A stretch of DNA of 64,000 nucleotides from NCBI GenBank assembly GCA_963841015.1, contig CAWJAX010000005.1, forward strand, positions 288,001 through 352,000. The letters are read 5' to 3'. Position 1 is the first letter of the stretch; every line of letters begins with the position of its first letter. Both the position numbers and the translations under genes were made by a program. The DNA comes from an uncultured Methanoregulaceae archaeon. Lineage in GTDB: Archaea > Halobacteriota > Methanomicrobia > Methanomicrobiales > Methanospirillaceae. The notes under the pieces were generated by a model that worked only from the letters and a program-made list of their open reading frames with translations, had not been told where the DNA came from and ran no database searches. Positions 1 to 10,354 of this stretch are shown one piece after another.

Positions 1-252
1 AGAGCTCTTCAAAATGCTGACATAATTGTTGCAATTATCGATGGTGCAGATGCAGATTCGGGGACAGCATGGGAGATGGGGTATGCATACGCAAACGGGA
101 AAAAGGTAATTGCATTACGAACGGATTTCCGAAGATCCGGCAGGTATGAAAAGGTCAATCTCATGCTCGAAGAATCGTCAACGGTAGTGACCAGTATTGA
201 GTATCTCCTCGATGCGGTAAAATCGCCCTTAATTATGAAATACGATTCATAG
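1..252 (+). CDS. Nucleoside 2-deoxyribosyltransferase family protein, 5'-truncated by the window edge
   Basis: Frame 1 reads ...ADIIVAIIDGADADSGTAWEMGYAYANGKKVIALRTDFR..., the D-SGT-x-WE-x-GY family motif. Stop TAG at 250-252. Not in the ORF track. Confidence 0.85.
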   Translation, partial: RALQNADIIVAIIDGADADSGTAWEMGYAYANGKKVIALRTDFRRSGRYEKVNLMLEESSTVVTSIEYLLDAVKSPLIMKYDS

Positions 253-516
253 TCGTACGTTTGTGTACACTCACCAAATCACTTTGAATTTTTATCGATG
301 TTACAGAAAATTTCTGAAAAATTGTATGTATTGTGTGCCTTTCCAACCCTTTTTTTGTGCTTGCGCCGTTCAGTTTTTTTAGCCGATCGAAAATGTGTTC
401 AGGAAAAAAACAGAGTATTATCACATCTGCCTTTCTGGAAAGGATTGATTGATGAGAAGGCATCAGATATGAGTTTTGTATAAAATCTCTTATTTCTAAA
501 CATCCAATAATTCTCT

Positions 517-1488
517 ATGTCCAACCTTACCGTGGCTATCCTTGCTCCCCCCGATTATGCCAAAGATCTGGGAAAAAAAGGAACGACCAGCGATATTACT
601 TTCTATAATCTGAAAAAAGGGGATGCAACGGTCACCTTCATTGAGCCGACACGGTATCCGGAAAAGTTATCATCGCTGTTTTATGCAGTATCCATTGCGG
701 ATCGGGTGGTCCTGGTTGTTGATGAAATTAATGCTACTTTTGGTGAGTGCGTCCTGATGCTCCAGTGCGCAGGAAAATCCAATGGATATCTTATCCTCAA
801 GAATTATATTTCACCGGATCAGATTGCGCCTCTTCTCAAGGGCACGGTTCTTGAGAATTACGAGGTGATTGAGGAAGATATTGTCGGTCTGCGCGAGAAA
901 ATGCTTGATATTTCCGTAAAACAGACAGCCCACCAGAAAGCTCATGAATCCGGGGGGAAAGGGGTAGTTCCGGTTGATGCACATTTCAATGTGAAAGGGG
1001 TCGGGGTGGTTGTGCTTGGATTCGTGGCTCAGGGGATAATAAAAAAGCACGATACGCTAAGGATCCTTCCGACAGAAAAAACCGCCCAGATCCGCTCTAT
1101 CCAGAAACATGATGATGATGCTGACAACGCGATCAAAGGTGACAGAGTTGGACTCGCCCTGAAAAATATTGAATCTGAAGACCTTGACCGGGGTTTTGTG
1201 CTTACGAATGATCCAGCAATAAAACATGCCACCACCCTATCGGGAAAAGCCCAGCTTGTGAAATACTGGCCGGCCCCTCTGAAAGAGGGCATGGTGCTCT
1301 ATGCCGGCCACTGGATGCAGTTCCTTCCCACCCGCCTGGAAAAAGTTGTTGTGGATAGTGACTGGAGGATGCCCACCATCATTCTTTCCCTGGAAAAAGC
1401 TCTTATTTACCCCCCTGGTGCCCGTGTCGTGCTCCATTATCTGGAAGGTGGCAAGCTTCGTGTAGTAGGGAGTCTTATTATTTCTTAA
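517..1488 (+). CDS. SelB/EF-Tu-like protein (EF-Tu domain II, degenerate G domain)
   Basis: VDAHFNVKGVGVVVLG and IRSIQKHD...GDRVGLALK match EF-Tu/SelB domain II. No GxxxxGKT P-loop. Confidence 0.8.
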   Translation: MSNLTVAILAPPDYAKDLGKKGTTSDITFYNLKKGDATVTFIEPTRYPEKLSSLFYAVSIADRVVLVVDEINATFGECVLMLQCAGKSNGYLILKNYISPDQIAPLLKGTVLENYEVIEEDIVGLREKMLDISVKQTAHQKAHESGGKGVVPVDAHFNVKGVGVVVLGFVAQGIIKKHDTLRILPTEKTAQIRSIQKHDDDADNAIKGDRVGLALKNIESEDLDRGFVLTNDPAIKHATTLSGKAQLVKYWPAPLKEGMVLYAGHWMQFLPTRLEKVVVDSDWRMPTIILSLEKALIYPPGARVVLHYLEGGKLRVVGSLIIS

Positions 1489-1606
1489 TCCATTTTTTGT
1501 TTTTTATTGCTTTCTTTGTAATATCTACCTGACCAAATATATTCAGCGGGTCTCCCTGTTTCCTAATACCTTATGTAGTGGTAAGATTATCTGTACATTG
1601 ATAGAT

Positions 1607-2170
1607 ATGGAGATCTTTGGATGGATTGTACTGGGTGTCATAACCCTTGTGATTATTGGACTGATCATATGGGCTGTCGGCATCTACAACCGTTTCTACA
1701 GCCTGAAAAATTCATCCGAGGCAACCCTCGGACAGATCCGTGTAGCCATGAAAAAACGGCTGGACATGATCGACCAGCTGCTTGGTGCGGTTAAAAGCTA
1801 TGCGAAGTTTGAGAAAGAAACCTTCGAACGTGTTACCGCAATGCGGGCAAGTGTAGCAACTGCCTCTCCGGGTGATCTGAATAAGGTTGAGGCCGAATCC
1901 CGATCGATCTTCGGACGGCTGTTAGCTGTTGCAGAAAATTATCCTGATCTTAAGACATCAACAACGGTAACCAGTCTTATGGACGCGGTAAAAGGAATTG
2001 AGGAAGAAATTGCACGGCAGCGCTATACCTATAACAACATTTCGCAGGAGTTCAACACGATGATGGATACAATTCCTTCCAGTTTCATCGGGCGAATGAT
2101 CGGGCTTATCAAGCTTGAATACCTGCAATTTGAAGAAGCGATCAAAACTCCTCCGAAGATTGAGTTCTAA
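1607..2170 (+). CDS. lemA: LemA family protein
   Basis: N-terminal TM helix, YNR, KKRLDMI, AVAENYPDLK, RYTYN..P motifs. ATG 1607 preferred over TTG 1598. Confidence 0.9.
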   Translation: MEIFGWIVLGVITLVIIGLIIWAVGIYNRFYSLKNSSEATLGQIRVAMKKRLDMIDQLLGAVKSYAKFEKETFERVTAMRASVATASPGDLNKVEAESRSIFGRLLAVAENYPDLKTSTTVTSLMDAVKGIEEEIARQRYTYNNISQEFNTMMDTIPSSFIGRMIGLIKLEYLQFEEAIKTPPKIEF

Positions 2171-2182
2171 TGGGTAATAGCT

Positions 2183-4009
2183 GTGAGTGAAATAAAACAA
2201 CTGGTCTCACTTTTTATCGCGACTCTGGTCCTTGGCATAATCGGACTGGGTCTCGTCATAGTGATTCCTCCACTTTTCGAAGGCGACCTTGTGGTTGACT
2301 CGTATAACGCTGTCCTGTACGAAAACGGGACCCTGACCGAGCAATATACCTATGATGTTAAAACATCCGGCCAGTACCGCATGCTGTACCGTTCATGGGA
2401 GGCCCCCCTCACCCTTGGCACAAGTTCAAGCCCGTCTGTGCAATTTATTTCGGCAATTCCACCTTCTGGTACTATTGGCTATGCAAAGGACGAGGAGGGT
2501 AATGTGGTTGTTATCGGTGTTTCCGAAGGCAGTCCCTCGAAAGCAACAATCAGAAATCTGGCCGAAACCAACGAAGTAGGAATATTCAGACCAGAGTATT
2601 ACAATCAGGGTAAATACTCCGTTGGATACACCTTCCTCATTCATCCCCCTATCGAATACGATACCACTTCATCGCATCTCAACCTGAAATTCGCTGGGGC
2701 GAGTCACATACCTTACCGGAACGTCAAAATCACTGTCCCTTCAGGAAAGGTCGAACAAATTTATGTATATCCGCCCTCTTTGAAAACCGAAAAGACAGGT
2801 GAAGCATTTGTTATCTCGGGGAGTGTTGCAGAAAATGAAAACCTGGCTGTCGAAATCCTCTCGAATGCCGATGGTTTTAATCAGATTCAGGGATACAGGA
2901 ATAAAGTCGGGAATGTCAGGGAAGCAACAAGCTGGGCTGCTTTCTGGTACAATCTTACGTATTATGGAGCGTATTTCCTGAACTTTTGTGCAAAAATTGC
3001 AGTAATATCAGTCCCCTTCCTTCTCCTCGCTATTTACCACTGGTATGGCAGGGAAAAATCATTCACGGTTCCCGAGTACCTGAGCACGATTCCCAATCCC
3101 GCTATGAAACCATGGCAGGTGAACCTGCTATTCAAAGGCGATGCTCTCGATTTTGATGAGGATGGGTATTACGCTTCGCTACTCGATCTTCACAGGAGAA
3201 AGATCATCTCAATTACTGAAAAAGATGAAGGAAAGGGAATTGAAATCAGAGTACTTTCCGGTGCTACGACGGATCCCTACGAGCAGCGTGTCCTTGGTTT
3301 TGTCGACCTTGTATCAGAAAACAGTGTATTGGATACTTCCAGAATCGAAGCACTGGCTCTTCGTGCAAAAACAAATCCCCTTGCAGAAGAGACAGCATTA
3401 AAATATCAACGCTCACTTAATGATGTAACCCGCAGGGTTGATACGTCCATTATATCTCAGTATATCGTTGATGGACGGGATCTCCTGGTACCTCTCCTGC
3501 TATCAGGCATCGTTTTGTTTGCAATAACCCTGATCTTTGCCTTTATTGCGTCCCTTCAATCATACATTCTTATCCCTGCTGCAGTGCTCTGGGGAGTAGT
3601 TGTAGCCCAGGCAATACTTTCTTTTGCTGCCCCTTCCACGCTTTTCGGACATTGGAAGGATGACCGGTATAAAGAAAAGCTTGAGTGGGATGCCTTCACC
3701 CGCTTCCTTTCTGATATGGCAATGATTCAGAAGTATGCTCCGGCAGATCTGTCGATGTGGGGTGAATGGCTTGTGTATGGAACTGCTCTGGGTGTAGGGG
3801 ATAAAGTAGAGCGGGCAATGAAAGCACTCAACATACGTGTAGCAGAAACAGGTGTCCCTATTGGTGTTATGGGAATGAACACGGCATTCGTTCCCCTTAT
3901 GCACTTCAGCCCACCAAGTCACGGAAAATCAGGAGGTTCTGGTGGTTTTGGTGGAGGAGGATTTGGTGGTGGAGGAGGATTTGGTGGCGGTGGCGCCGGG
4001 GGGAGATGA
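2183..4009 (+). CDS. DUF2207-type membrane protein (usual LemA partner)
   Basis: W-x-AF-x-RFL-x-D and WGEWLVYGTALGV motifs, Gly/Phe-rich tail GGFGGGGFGGGGGFGGGGAGGR, directly downstream of lemA. Confidence 0.85.
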   Translation: MSEIKQLVSLFIATLVLGIIGLGLVIVIPPLFEGDLVVDSYNAVLYENGTLTEQYTYDVKTSGQYRMLYRSWEAPLTLGTSSSPSVQFISAIPPSGTIGYAKDEEGNVVVIGVSEGSPSKATIRNLAETNEVGIFRPEYYNQGKYSVGYTFLIHPPIEYDTTSSHLNLKFAGASHIPYRNVKITVPSGKVEQIYVYPPSLKTEKTGEAFVISGSVAENENLAVEILSNADGFNQIQGYRNKVGNVREATSWAAFWYNLTYYGAYFLNFCAKIAVISVPFLLLAIYHWYGREKSFTVPEYLSTIPNPAMKPWQVNLLFKGDALDFDEDGYYASLLDLHRRKIISITEKDEGKGIEIRVLSGATTDPYEQRVLGFVDLVSENSVLDTSRIEALALRAKTNPLAEETALKYQRSLNDVTRRVDTSIISQYIVDGRDLLVPLLLSGIVLFAITLIFAFIASLQSYILIPAAVLWGVVVAQAILSFAAPSTLFGHWKDDRYKEKLEWDAFTRFLSDMAMIQKYAPADLSMWGEWLVYGTALGVGDKVERAMKALNIRVAETGVPIGVMGMNTAFVPLMHFSPPSHGKSGGSGGFGGGGFGGGGGFGGGGAGGR

Positions 4010-4162
4010 GATTTGAACCCTGAAAACTCCAGGTACGTGTGATAATTGAACACGTATCATTTTTCTGACGTTTGGCAATAATTAAAACGCCATTTTGGCT
4101 TTCATCATAAAAGTTATAAATCCGCACAAACCATATGAATACCAAAAAGGGAATCTGATACT

Positions 4163-4750
4163 ATGCAATATACGGAAGGACAGATCGGCAGGGTTTTTGT
4201 CGTGAGGATTGACGATGGCGAAGATATGTTGATTTCGCTGCGCCAGTTTATCAGTGACAAAAGTATCCAGGCCGGCTCGATCCTTTTTCTCGGAGCCCTG
4301 ATGAACGGGAGGATGGTAACCGGACCCGAAGATCCTGTAATACCACCGGTCCCTCATTTTGTATTGTTTGAGGGGGGTTGGGAAGTTTTTGGTGTGGGAA
4401 CAATTTATCCAGGTGAAGGAGGCCCGCATATCCATTATCATGCCTCGGTAGGTCGTTCCGGGCATGCCCTCACCGGTTGTCTGAGGGAAAAAGCAATAAC
4501 ATATCTTATCGTTGAAGCGGTTATTATGGAATTTAACGGTCTTTCCGCACGACGGGAATTTGATAAAAGAACCCAGGTCCATCTTCCGGTACTGGGAAAA
4601 GAAGTGGGGACAACCTCTCCCGGCACAATCGATGCCGTCGATTCAGGTGAATCCAGTAAAGAATCCCCACAGGATGAAGAACAGATGGACGATCTACCCG
4701 AAGGACTTGCCGATATTATCCGTGACCTGACTGGCAGATCTTCATTGTGA
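4163..4750 (+). CDS. PPC/DUF296 domain putative DNA-binding protein
   Basis: GRVFVVRIDDGED, PHIHYHAS, GCL and VE motifs; acidic tail. Confidence 0.85.
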   Translation: MQYTEGQIGRVFVVRIDDGEDMLISLRQFISDKSIQAGSILFLGALMNGRMVTGPEDPVIPPVPHFVLFEGGWEVFGVGTIYPGEGGPHIHYHASVGRSGHALTGCLREKAITYLIVEAVIMEFNGLSARREFDKRTQVHLPVLGKEVGTTSPGTIDAVDSGESSKESPQDEEQMDDLPEGLADIIRDLTGRSSL

Positions 4751-4797
4751 AGAAAATTTTTGCTTACCAGATTCTTCACGAATACTTTTCAATGGTT

Positions 4798-6639
4798 ATG
4801 ATGCATCAGCCAGAATTTCTTCCCATTTCAGGCATAGAGAAAAACAGGCTGGGCATCCGGCAATTGGATATCATCCTGGTAACAGGGGATGCATATGTTG
4901 ATCATCCCTCTTTTGGTACTGCTCTGATCGGCAGGGTTCTGTGGGATGCCGGTTTCACCGTGGGAATCATTGCACAGCCTGACTGGACAACTTCTGCTGA
5001 CTTCACTGAGTTGGGAAAACCGCGACTTTTTTTCGGTATATCTTCAGGAAATGTTGACTCCATGGTGAATAATTTCACACCGAATCTTAAACGGCGGAGT
5101 CATGATGTCTATTCCCCGGGGGGAATTCCCAAACGACCCGATCGGGCAACCATTGTCTACACCAACCGGGTTCACGAACTTTTTCCGGACACTCCGATTG
5201 TCCTTGGGGGTATTGAGGCAAGTCTTCGAAGGTTTGCCCATTATGATTACTGGCAGGATCGCGTCCGGCAAGCAATCCTTGCTGACGCCCCGGCGGATTT
5301 GCTTGTTTTTGGCATGGGAGAGAGACAGGTGGTGGAGATTGCCCGGCGGCTTGCATCCGGTGAAACTATTGCATCGCTACGGGATATCCGGGGAACTGCG
5401 TTCAGGTTGGAAATCGCAGAGTGGCGCAGTAAACGACCGGAAGGGATTATTGAACTCCCCGGGTTCACTGAAGTTGCACAGAATAGAACCTTATACGCCA
5501 GTGCTTTTGCAATGCATTATCGCGAACAGGATCCCATTCGGGGAAGGCCTGTAGCGCAACCACACCCGAAGACGGTTGTAATTCAGAATCCCCCGGCACT
5601 GCCACTGACGACCAAAGAACTTGATCACATTTATGATCTTCCTTTCTCCCGGCGTGCTCACCCATCATATACAGAAGGAGTTCCTGCTCTTGAACCCGTA
5701 CAGTTCTCCATTACGAGTCATCGGGGATGTTTTGGTGCCTGTTCTTTCTGTGCCTTAACCCATCACCAGGGCAGGATCATCCAGAGCAGGAGCAGTGCAT
5801 CGATCATCCGAGAAGTAACCCGTATGACCAGGATGCCGGAATTTAAGGGGATCGTGCAGGATGTAGGGGGTCCTACGGCAAATATGTACTGCTTGTCCTG
5901 TGACCTTTGGGAAAAACACGGAGCCTGCAGGGATAAACACTGCAGCCCGTCATGTAAAAATCTGGATACGAGCCATCGGCATCAAGGCAAACTCCTCAAT
6001 AACATCCGCGAAATTCCGGGGGTGAAAAAAGTCTTTATTGGTTCGGGGATTCGTTATGATCTTGCGCTTGCGGACGATTCCGGCTATCTGGAAATGATCT
6101 GTGATCATCATGTTTCCGGACATCTTAAAGTTGCACCGGAACATGTGATAAAAAACGTCACTGATGTTATGAACAAACCTGATCGTGAAGTTTTTGATCG
6201 GTTCTGCGAACGTTTCGAAAAATTGCAGAAAGGAAAAAAGAAACGGCAATACCTGCTACCGTACTTCATGTCAGGGCATCCCGGCTGTTCTGTCAAAGAT
6301 ATGGTCGAGCTTGCTGTCTATATCCGTGACCACCAGCTCTATACCGAGCAGGTGCAGGACTTCACCCCTACACCGATGAGTGTATCGACCTGTATGTACT
6401 ATACCAGCCTCAATCCCTTTACTCTGGAGCCGGTTCACGTTCCGAAGGGAAATGAAAAGAAGATACAGCGTGCTCTGATGCAGTATCGTGATCCTGACAA
6501 CAGGAGATTAGTTATTGAAGGACTTACCTTAGCAGGAAGAACCGATCTCATTGGTAACGGAGGGCAGTTTCTTGTTCCTGCTACTGAAAGGGGGAATAAT
6601 AAGGTCACATTAAAACAGAGCAGGAAAAAAATAACGTGA
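4798..6639 (+). CDS. YgiQ/UPF0313 family radical SAM protein
   Basis: DIILVTGDAYVDHPSFG, HRGCFGACSFC (CxxxCxxC), GGPTANMY, EQVQDFTPTP. Start uncertain (4747-4801). Confidence 0.92.
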   Translation: MMHQPEFLPISGIEKNRLGIRQLDIILVTGDAYVDHPSFGTALIGRVLWDAGFTVGIIAQPDWTTSADFTELGKPRLFFGISSGNVDSMVNNFTPNLKRRSHDVYSPGGIPKRPDRATIVYTNRVHELFPDTPIVLGGIEASLRRFAHYDYWQDRVRQAILADAPADLLVFGMGERQVVEIARRLASGETIASLRDIRGTAFRLEIAEWRSKRPEGIIELPGFTEVAQNRTLYASAFAMHYREQDPIRGRPVAQPHPKTVVIQNPPALPLTTKELDHIYDLPFSRRAHPSYTEGVPALEPVQFSITSHRGCFGACSFCALTHHQGRIIQSRSSASIIREVTRMTRMPEFKGIVQDVGGPTANMYCLSCDLWEKHGACRDKHCSPSCKNLDTSHRHQGKLLNNIREIPGVKKVFIGSGIRYDLALADDSGYLEMICDHHVSGHLKVAPEHVIKNVTDVMNKPDREVFDRFCERFEKLQKGKKKRQYLLPYFMSGHPGCSVKDMVELAVYIRDHQLYTEQVQDFTPTPMSVSTCMYYTSLNPFTLEPVHVPKGNEKKIQRALMQYRDPDNRRLVIEGLTLAGRTDLIGNGGQFLVPATERGNNKVTLKQSRKKIT

Positions 6640-6836
6640 TCCATCAGCGTTTTAGGTGAGCCCTCCCTAAATGAACAGCAGTAATATGATTAAAATGTAC
6701 TATTCTGAAAAGCGTGTTTATCACAGTCTTTACAGGAATCTGGTTCATTGTAAAACGAAGAATGAAAATCTTACACAACGGACGCAATATTTTTTGCAGC
6801 GATTGTTTGTGAAAGCCGATTCATTTTAAAAAAAAA

Positions 6837-8186
6837 TTATCTTCTTCCGTATTCATCGTCGAATCTTACAATGTCATTCTCTTCAAGGTATTCTCCAAGC
6901 TGAACCTCAATAACTTCAAGCGGTATAATACCCGGATTTTTTAACCTGTGCCTCATACCACTGCGGACAAATGTGCTCTCACCTTGCCTGAGAAACCGGG
7001 TCTCTCCATTCAGTTCGACTTCCGCAGTCCCGCTTACCACAACCCAATGTTCACTCCGGTGATGGTGCAGCTGAAGGGAGAGTTTCTGGCCAGGTTTGAC
7101 ACTAACACGTTTGATTTTATAGATTTCCGTTTCTTCAAGAACCGTGTAAGATCCCCAGGGCCGGTGCACCTGACGGTGGTATTTCGTAACCGGATCATTT
7201 TGCTCATTATACCTGTTGACAAGTTGTTTTACCTGCTCCGTATGCCGGGTGTCACATATCAGGAGCGCATCGGATGTGTCAACAACAATGAGGTCATGAA
7301 CACCAATCAGACCTACATGTTTTCCCGGTGCCTGCACAAAATTATTTTTCGCTGAAAAATATTCGGCTTTACCGACATTCCCCTCACTATCATGCACCTC
7401 GAGGTCATAAAGGGCTTTGAATGTACCCAGATCACTCCACTCGGTTTCAAGAGTCACAACTGCAACCTTTTTTGAGTGCTCCAGCAGCCCGTAATCGATG
7501 GAAATCGATTCAAGTTTTCTGTAATCCGCAATGTGCCCCTCGGAGAATGCATTGAACAGATCCGGACGATATTTTTTCAGTTCCTGAAAAAAAGAATCGA
7601 TAGAGAGGAGAAATATCCCGCTGTTCCAGAGATATCCCTTCCGGACATATTCTTGTGCTGTTTTTTCATCAGGTTTCTCTTTGAATTCATCAACAACTGC
7701 CCCAAGGGAAAGCAGTTTTCCTGGTTTAATATATCCATAACCTGTCTGGGGGGAGGTTGGTTTTATACCGAATGTGACAAGGTTTTTTCTGGAAAGTGGT
7801 TCTGCGGCACGAATCTGATCGAGAGCAGAATCGCCAAGGATGTGATCACTGGGCAATACTACTACGGTGTCAGAGGAAGAAAAACTCCGGATTCGCTGCA
7901 TTGCCCATGCGATGGCAGGCAATGTGTTTTTCCCTACTGGCTCTGCAAGAAGATGATCATCAGAAATGGAGTATCCGAGTTCCTCAATCTGATTACGGGC
8001 GAGATACTGGTGGATTTCGTTGGTAACTACAAATATCCCCCCGGGATCTGAGAGCCGGTTTGCCCGTTCGTACGTCTTTTGAAAAAGTGAATGACCGTCA
8101 AGTGGGATAAACTGCTTAGGATAATACTCCCGTGAGAGTGGCCAGAGTCTCGTTCCGACTCCTCCAGCAAGAATGATGGATTTCAT
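6837..8186 (-). CDS. manC: Mannose-1-phosphate guanylyltransferase / mannose-6-phosphate isomerase
   Basis: ILAGGVGTRLWPLSR..PKQF, LPSDH, FKEKP, and a C-terminal cupin RPWG..SLQLHHHRSEHW. Confidence 0.95.
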   Translation of the reverse strand: MKSIILAGGVGTRLWPLSREYYPKQFIPLDGHSLFQKTYERANRLSDPGGIFVVTNEIHQYLARNQIEELGYSISDDHLLAEPVGKNTLPAIAWAMQRIRSFSSSDTVVVLPSDHILGDSALDQIRAAEPLSRKNLVTFGIKPTSPQTGYGYIKPGKLLSLGAVVDEFKEKPDEKTAQEYVRKGYLWNSGIFLLSIDSFFQELKKYRPDLFNAFSEGHIADYRKLESISIDYGLLEHSKKVAVVTLETEWSDLGTFKALYDLEVHDSEGNVGKAEYFSAKNNFVQAPGKHVGLIGVHDLIVVDTSDALLICDTRHTEQVKQLVNRYNEQNDPVTKYHRQVHRPWGSYTVLEETEIYKIKRVSVKPGQKLSLQLHHHRSEHWVVVSGTAEVELNGETRFLRQGESTFVRSGMRHRLKNPGIIPLEVIEVQLGEYLEENDIVRFDDEYGRR

Positions 8187-8352
8187 GATGTATCCGGATC
8201 CTGAACCGATTTAATGCAGTATTGTTCAGAAATATATCACATAACTCTGTCCGGAGTCACTATTTAGAGGATTCGATCCCGCACATTATGGTAAAAATGG
8301 ACCCTGTATGATAAAATAGTTAGGTGAATATTCTGCAGGTATGAAGAAAGCG

Positions 8353-8838
8353 TCATCTCTTTTTTGAAGATGTCGCTTTTCGTCTGGGGTTTACTTTGCT
8401 TACTCCTTTTGTCTCACAAGGTATGCAGCTTTCCATCTTCTCGTCAAAGATACGGTAGGAGTTCGCGAGCACTGATGAGTTGGATATCATACCGGCCAGC
8501 AGGATCACTTCCAGGATCTCTTCCCTGCTCGCACCCATTTTAAGAGCTGCCTGCATATGGTATCCCGTGCAGTGTGGACATTTGAGTGCTGCTCCAACGG
8601 CAAGGCTGATTAGTTCGACATATTTTGGATCGAGCGGGCTGGTCTGAGCCACCGTACCCTTATAGAGGAGATGGGAAATGAGTACTTCAGGACGTTCCCC
8701 CATCCGTTTGAAAATAAGAGGAACACGCCCATATTCTGCTTCAATCTCCTTCATCCACGTATCGGCCGTTACATCTGCGCCTCGAGCTACAATCTGTGCC
8801 AGACGCTCCTCAAATTCTTCTTTGGTTGTTTTTTCCAT
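8353..8838 (-). CDS. Carboxymuconolactone decarboxylase/AhpD family protein
   Basis: LDPKYVELISLAVGAALKCPHCTGYH..GASREEILE; overlaps the mmp7 stop by 1 nt. Confidence 0.88.
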   Translation of the reverse strand: MEKTTKEEFEERLAQIVARGADVTADTWMKEIEAEYGRVPLIFKRMGERPEVLISHLLYKGTVAQTSPLDPKYVELISLAVGAALKCPHCTGYHMQAALKMGASREEILEVILLAGMISNSSVLANSYRIFDEKMESCIPCETKGVSKVNPRRKATSSKKR

Positions 8839-9776
8839 TATATCACCATATTTGTCTCTGAGAATGGCAGAATTTTTACAAGGATATAGTCCCGCATCCG
8901 TGAAGGAACAATTTCAGAGAGATCGCCCAGCTTAATACCGTCTTCGATCTCGAGCATCCTGAGATCACCGGCAAATGTATCGTATGGCAGCTTAACACGA
9001 AGCCCGGCCATCTGAACCGTGAGTGGTGTCGGAGAAGTGACCCCGTTTATCGCAGGGACCTTTTCTTTAATTATACCCATTAGTCTCGCAGGAGAAACAG
9101 AGAGGGGATCTTTCTGGATATCTTCTCGCTTTTTTTCCAGTACCCTGATGATCTCAGCGATAATCTCATCGAGTTTTTCAAGCTCGTCTGCCTCTTTTGT
9201 CCGGCGCATGAACCTCCCGACATTGCCAACATAACCCTCTACTGGTGGATCTATGATCTTTTTGAGGGTTTCTTTGTCCGGGCCCCCGCAGAGCACGATA
9301 GGGATCTCAATTCCTCTTCGAAGAGTTGGCATTTTATATTCAATACAAGTCTCAAAATTACCCATAAGATATACTGCAATATCGTGTTCGTTGATTACAT
9401 CCCGCTCCTCATCATTTAAGCCGGCGATCCGTTTTCCCGGACCACGGGCGAGACTGACCATATTGCTTTTGGCCCCTATTCGCCGCACATATTCAGCGAT
9501 ATCGCAGGAGGGGTGGGGCAGGTGATGGATCTCAAGACTCATACTGACAATCGCAATCTCTGTACCGACCAGCGGAGTATCAGTTACTTCCCCAAAAAGG
9601 GGTTTTGCTATCTGGCGGATAAGTTCAATATCCTCACGGGGAACAAAGCACTGGAGCACTACCTCCGCTGCGATTACATGTTTTTGGATTATATACCCGC
9701 CAAGGTCCTCAATCAGATCTGTGATAATATCATGCTGGTAGATACCTCCCTTGTAGGTAATCGGGACAAGTGTCAT
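8838..9776 (-). CDS. mmp7: Methanogenesis marker protein 7
   Basis: YKGGIY, IEDLGG, HHLPHPSCDIAEYVRR motifs; position in the marker cluster. Confidence 0.9.
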   Translation of the reverse strand: MTLVPITYKGGIYQHDIITDLIEDLGGYIIQKHVIAAEVVLQCFVPREDIELIRQIAKPLFGEVTDTPLVGTEIAIVSMSLEIHHLPHPSCDIAEYVRRIGAKSNMVSLARGPGKRIAGLNDEERDVINEHDIAVYLMGNFETCIEYKMPTLRRGIEIPIVLCGGPDKETLKKIIDPPVEGYVGNVGRFMRRTKEADELEKLDEIIAEIIRVLEKKREDIQKDPLSVSPARLMGIIKEKVPAINGVTSPTPLTVQMAGLRVKLPYDTFAGDLRMLEIEDGIKLGDLSEIVPSRMRDYILVKILPFSETNMVI

Positions 9777-10354
9777 GGTACCTCCCCCATTCGTGCAAAC
9801 CTGTCCCTTACTATTTCATCGATTTTTTCATTTAACGTGTTTTCACTCGCCACAAAAGAGAATTTTTCTTTGTTGAATTTCTCGCTGCGCAGGCGGAATC
9901 CTTCCGGTGCAATACACCGGAACGCATAGATGAGATCCTTATAGAGCGACTCGCTCGGATCGGCAACAATAGTCTCTTCGATCTCTTTGAGGTCTGCCTT
10001 GACATCATACAGGATAACCGTGAAGCGATCTGGCTGGTCCACATGGTCTTTACCGAACTTCTGCCAGAAAATTTTAAGCATGGGTGCAAGGTAGGTCTCA
10101 TCTGAAATAACGAGCGTGATTTTTCCTTCGAGAGGATTCACATTGGCAAAATCCCCCACCCGGACCTGGGTTGTGATCTTTTTCAATATTCCTACTGCAA
10201 CAAAGAGCGGCACTTTCGGATCGATATAGATGTGAAGCTTATGGATAACTCTCAGGAGGTTGTGGTCCAACAGGACGTCGTTTGTTATCTGCCTGTAGTA
10301 CTCAGCACCCACCGGTTCGGGGCATTCCACTTCAAAGTACTCAATGGCGGGCAT
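9773..10354 (-). CDS. mmp17: Methanogenesis marker protein 17
   Basis: VECPEP.GA..Y, DQPDRF, IAPEGFR, VASE motifs; synteny. Confidence 0.85.
   Translation of the reverse strand: MPAIEYFEVECPEPVGAEYYRQITNDVLLDHNLLRVIHKLHIYIDPKVPLFVAVGILKKITTQVRVGDFANVNPLEGKITLVISDETYLAPMLKIFWQKFGKDHVDQPDRFTVILYDVKADLKEIEETIVADPSESLYKDLIYAFRCIAPEGFRLRSEKFNKEKFSFVASENTLNEKIDEIVRDRFARMGEVP

Noticed and set aside
233-483. Short ORFs 233..463 (-) and 298..483 (+)
   Set aside because: AT-rich intergenic sequence with T-tracts; no motifs or coding-like composition.
3931-4006. GGT/GGA-rich tandem-like repeat
   Set aside because: It encodes the normal Gly-rich tail of DUF2207 proteins.
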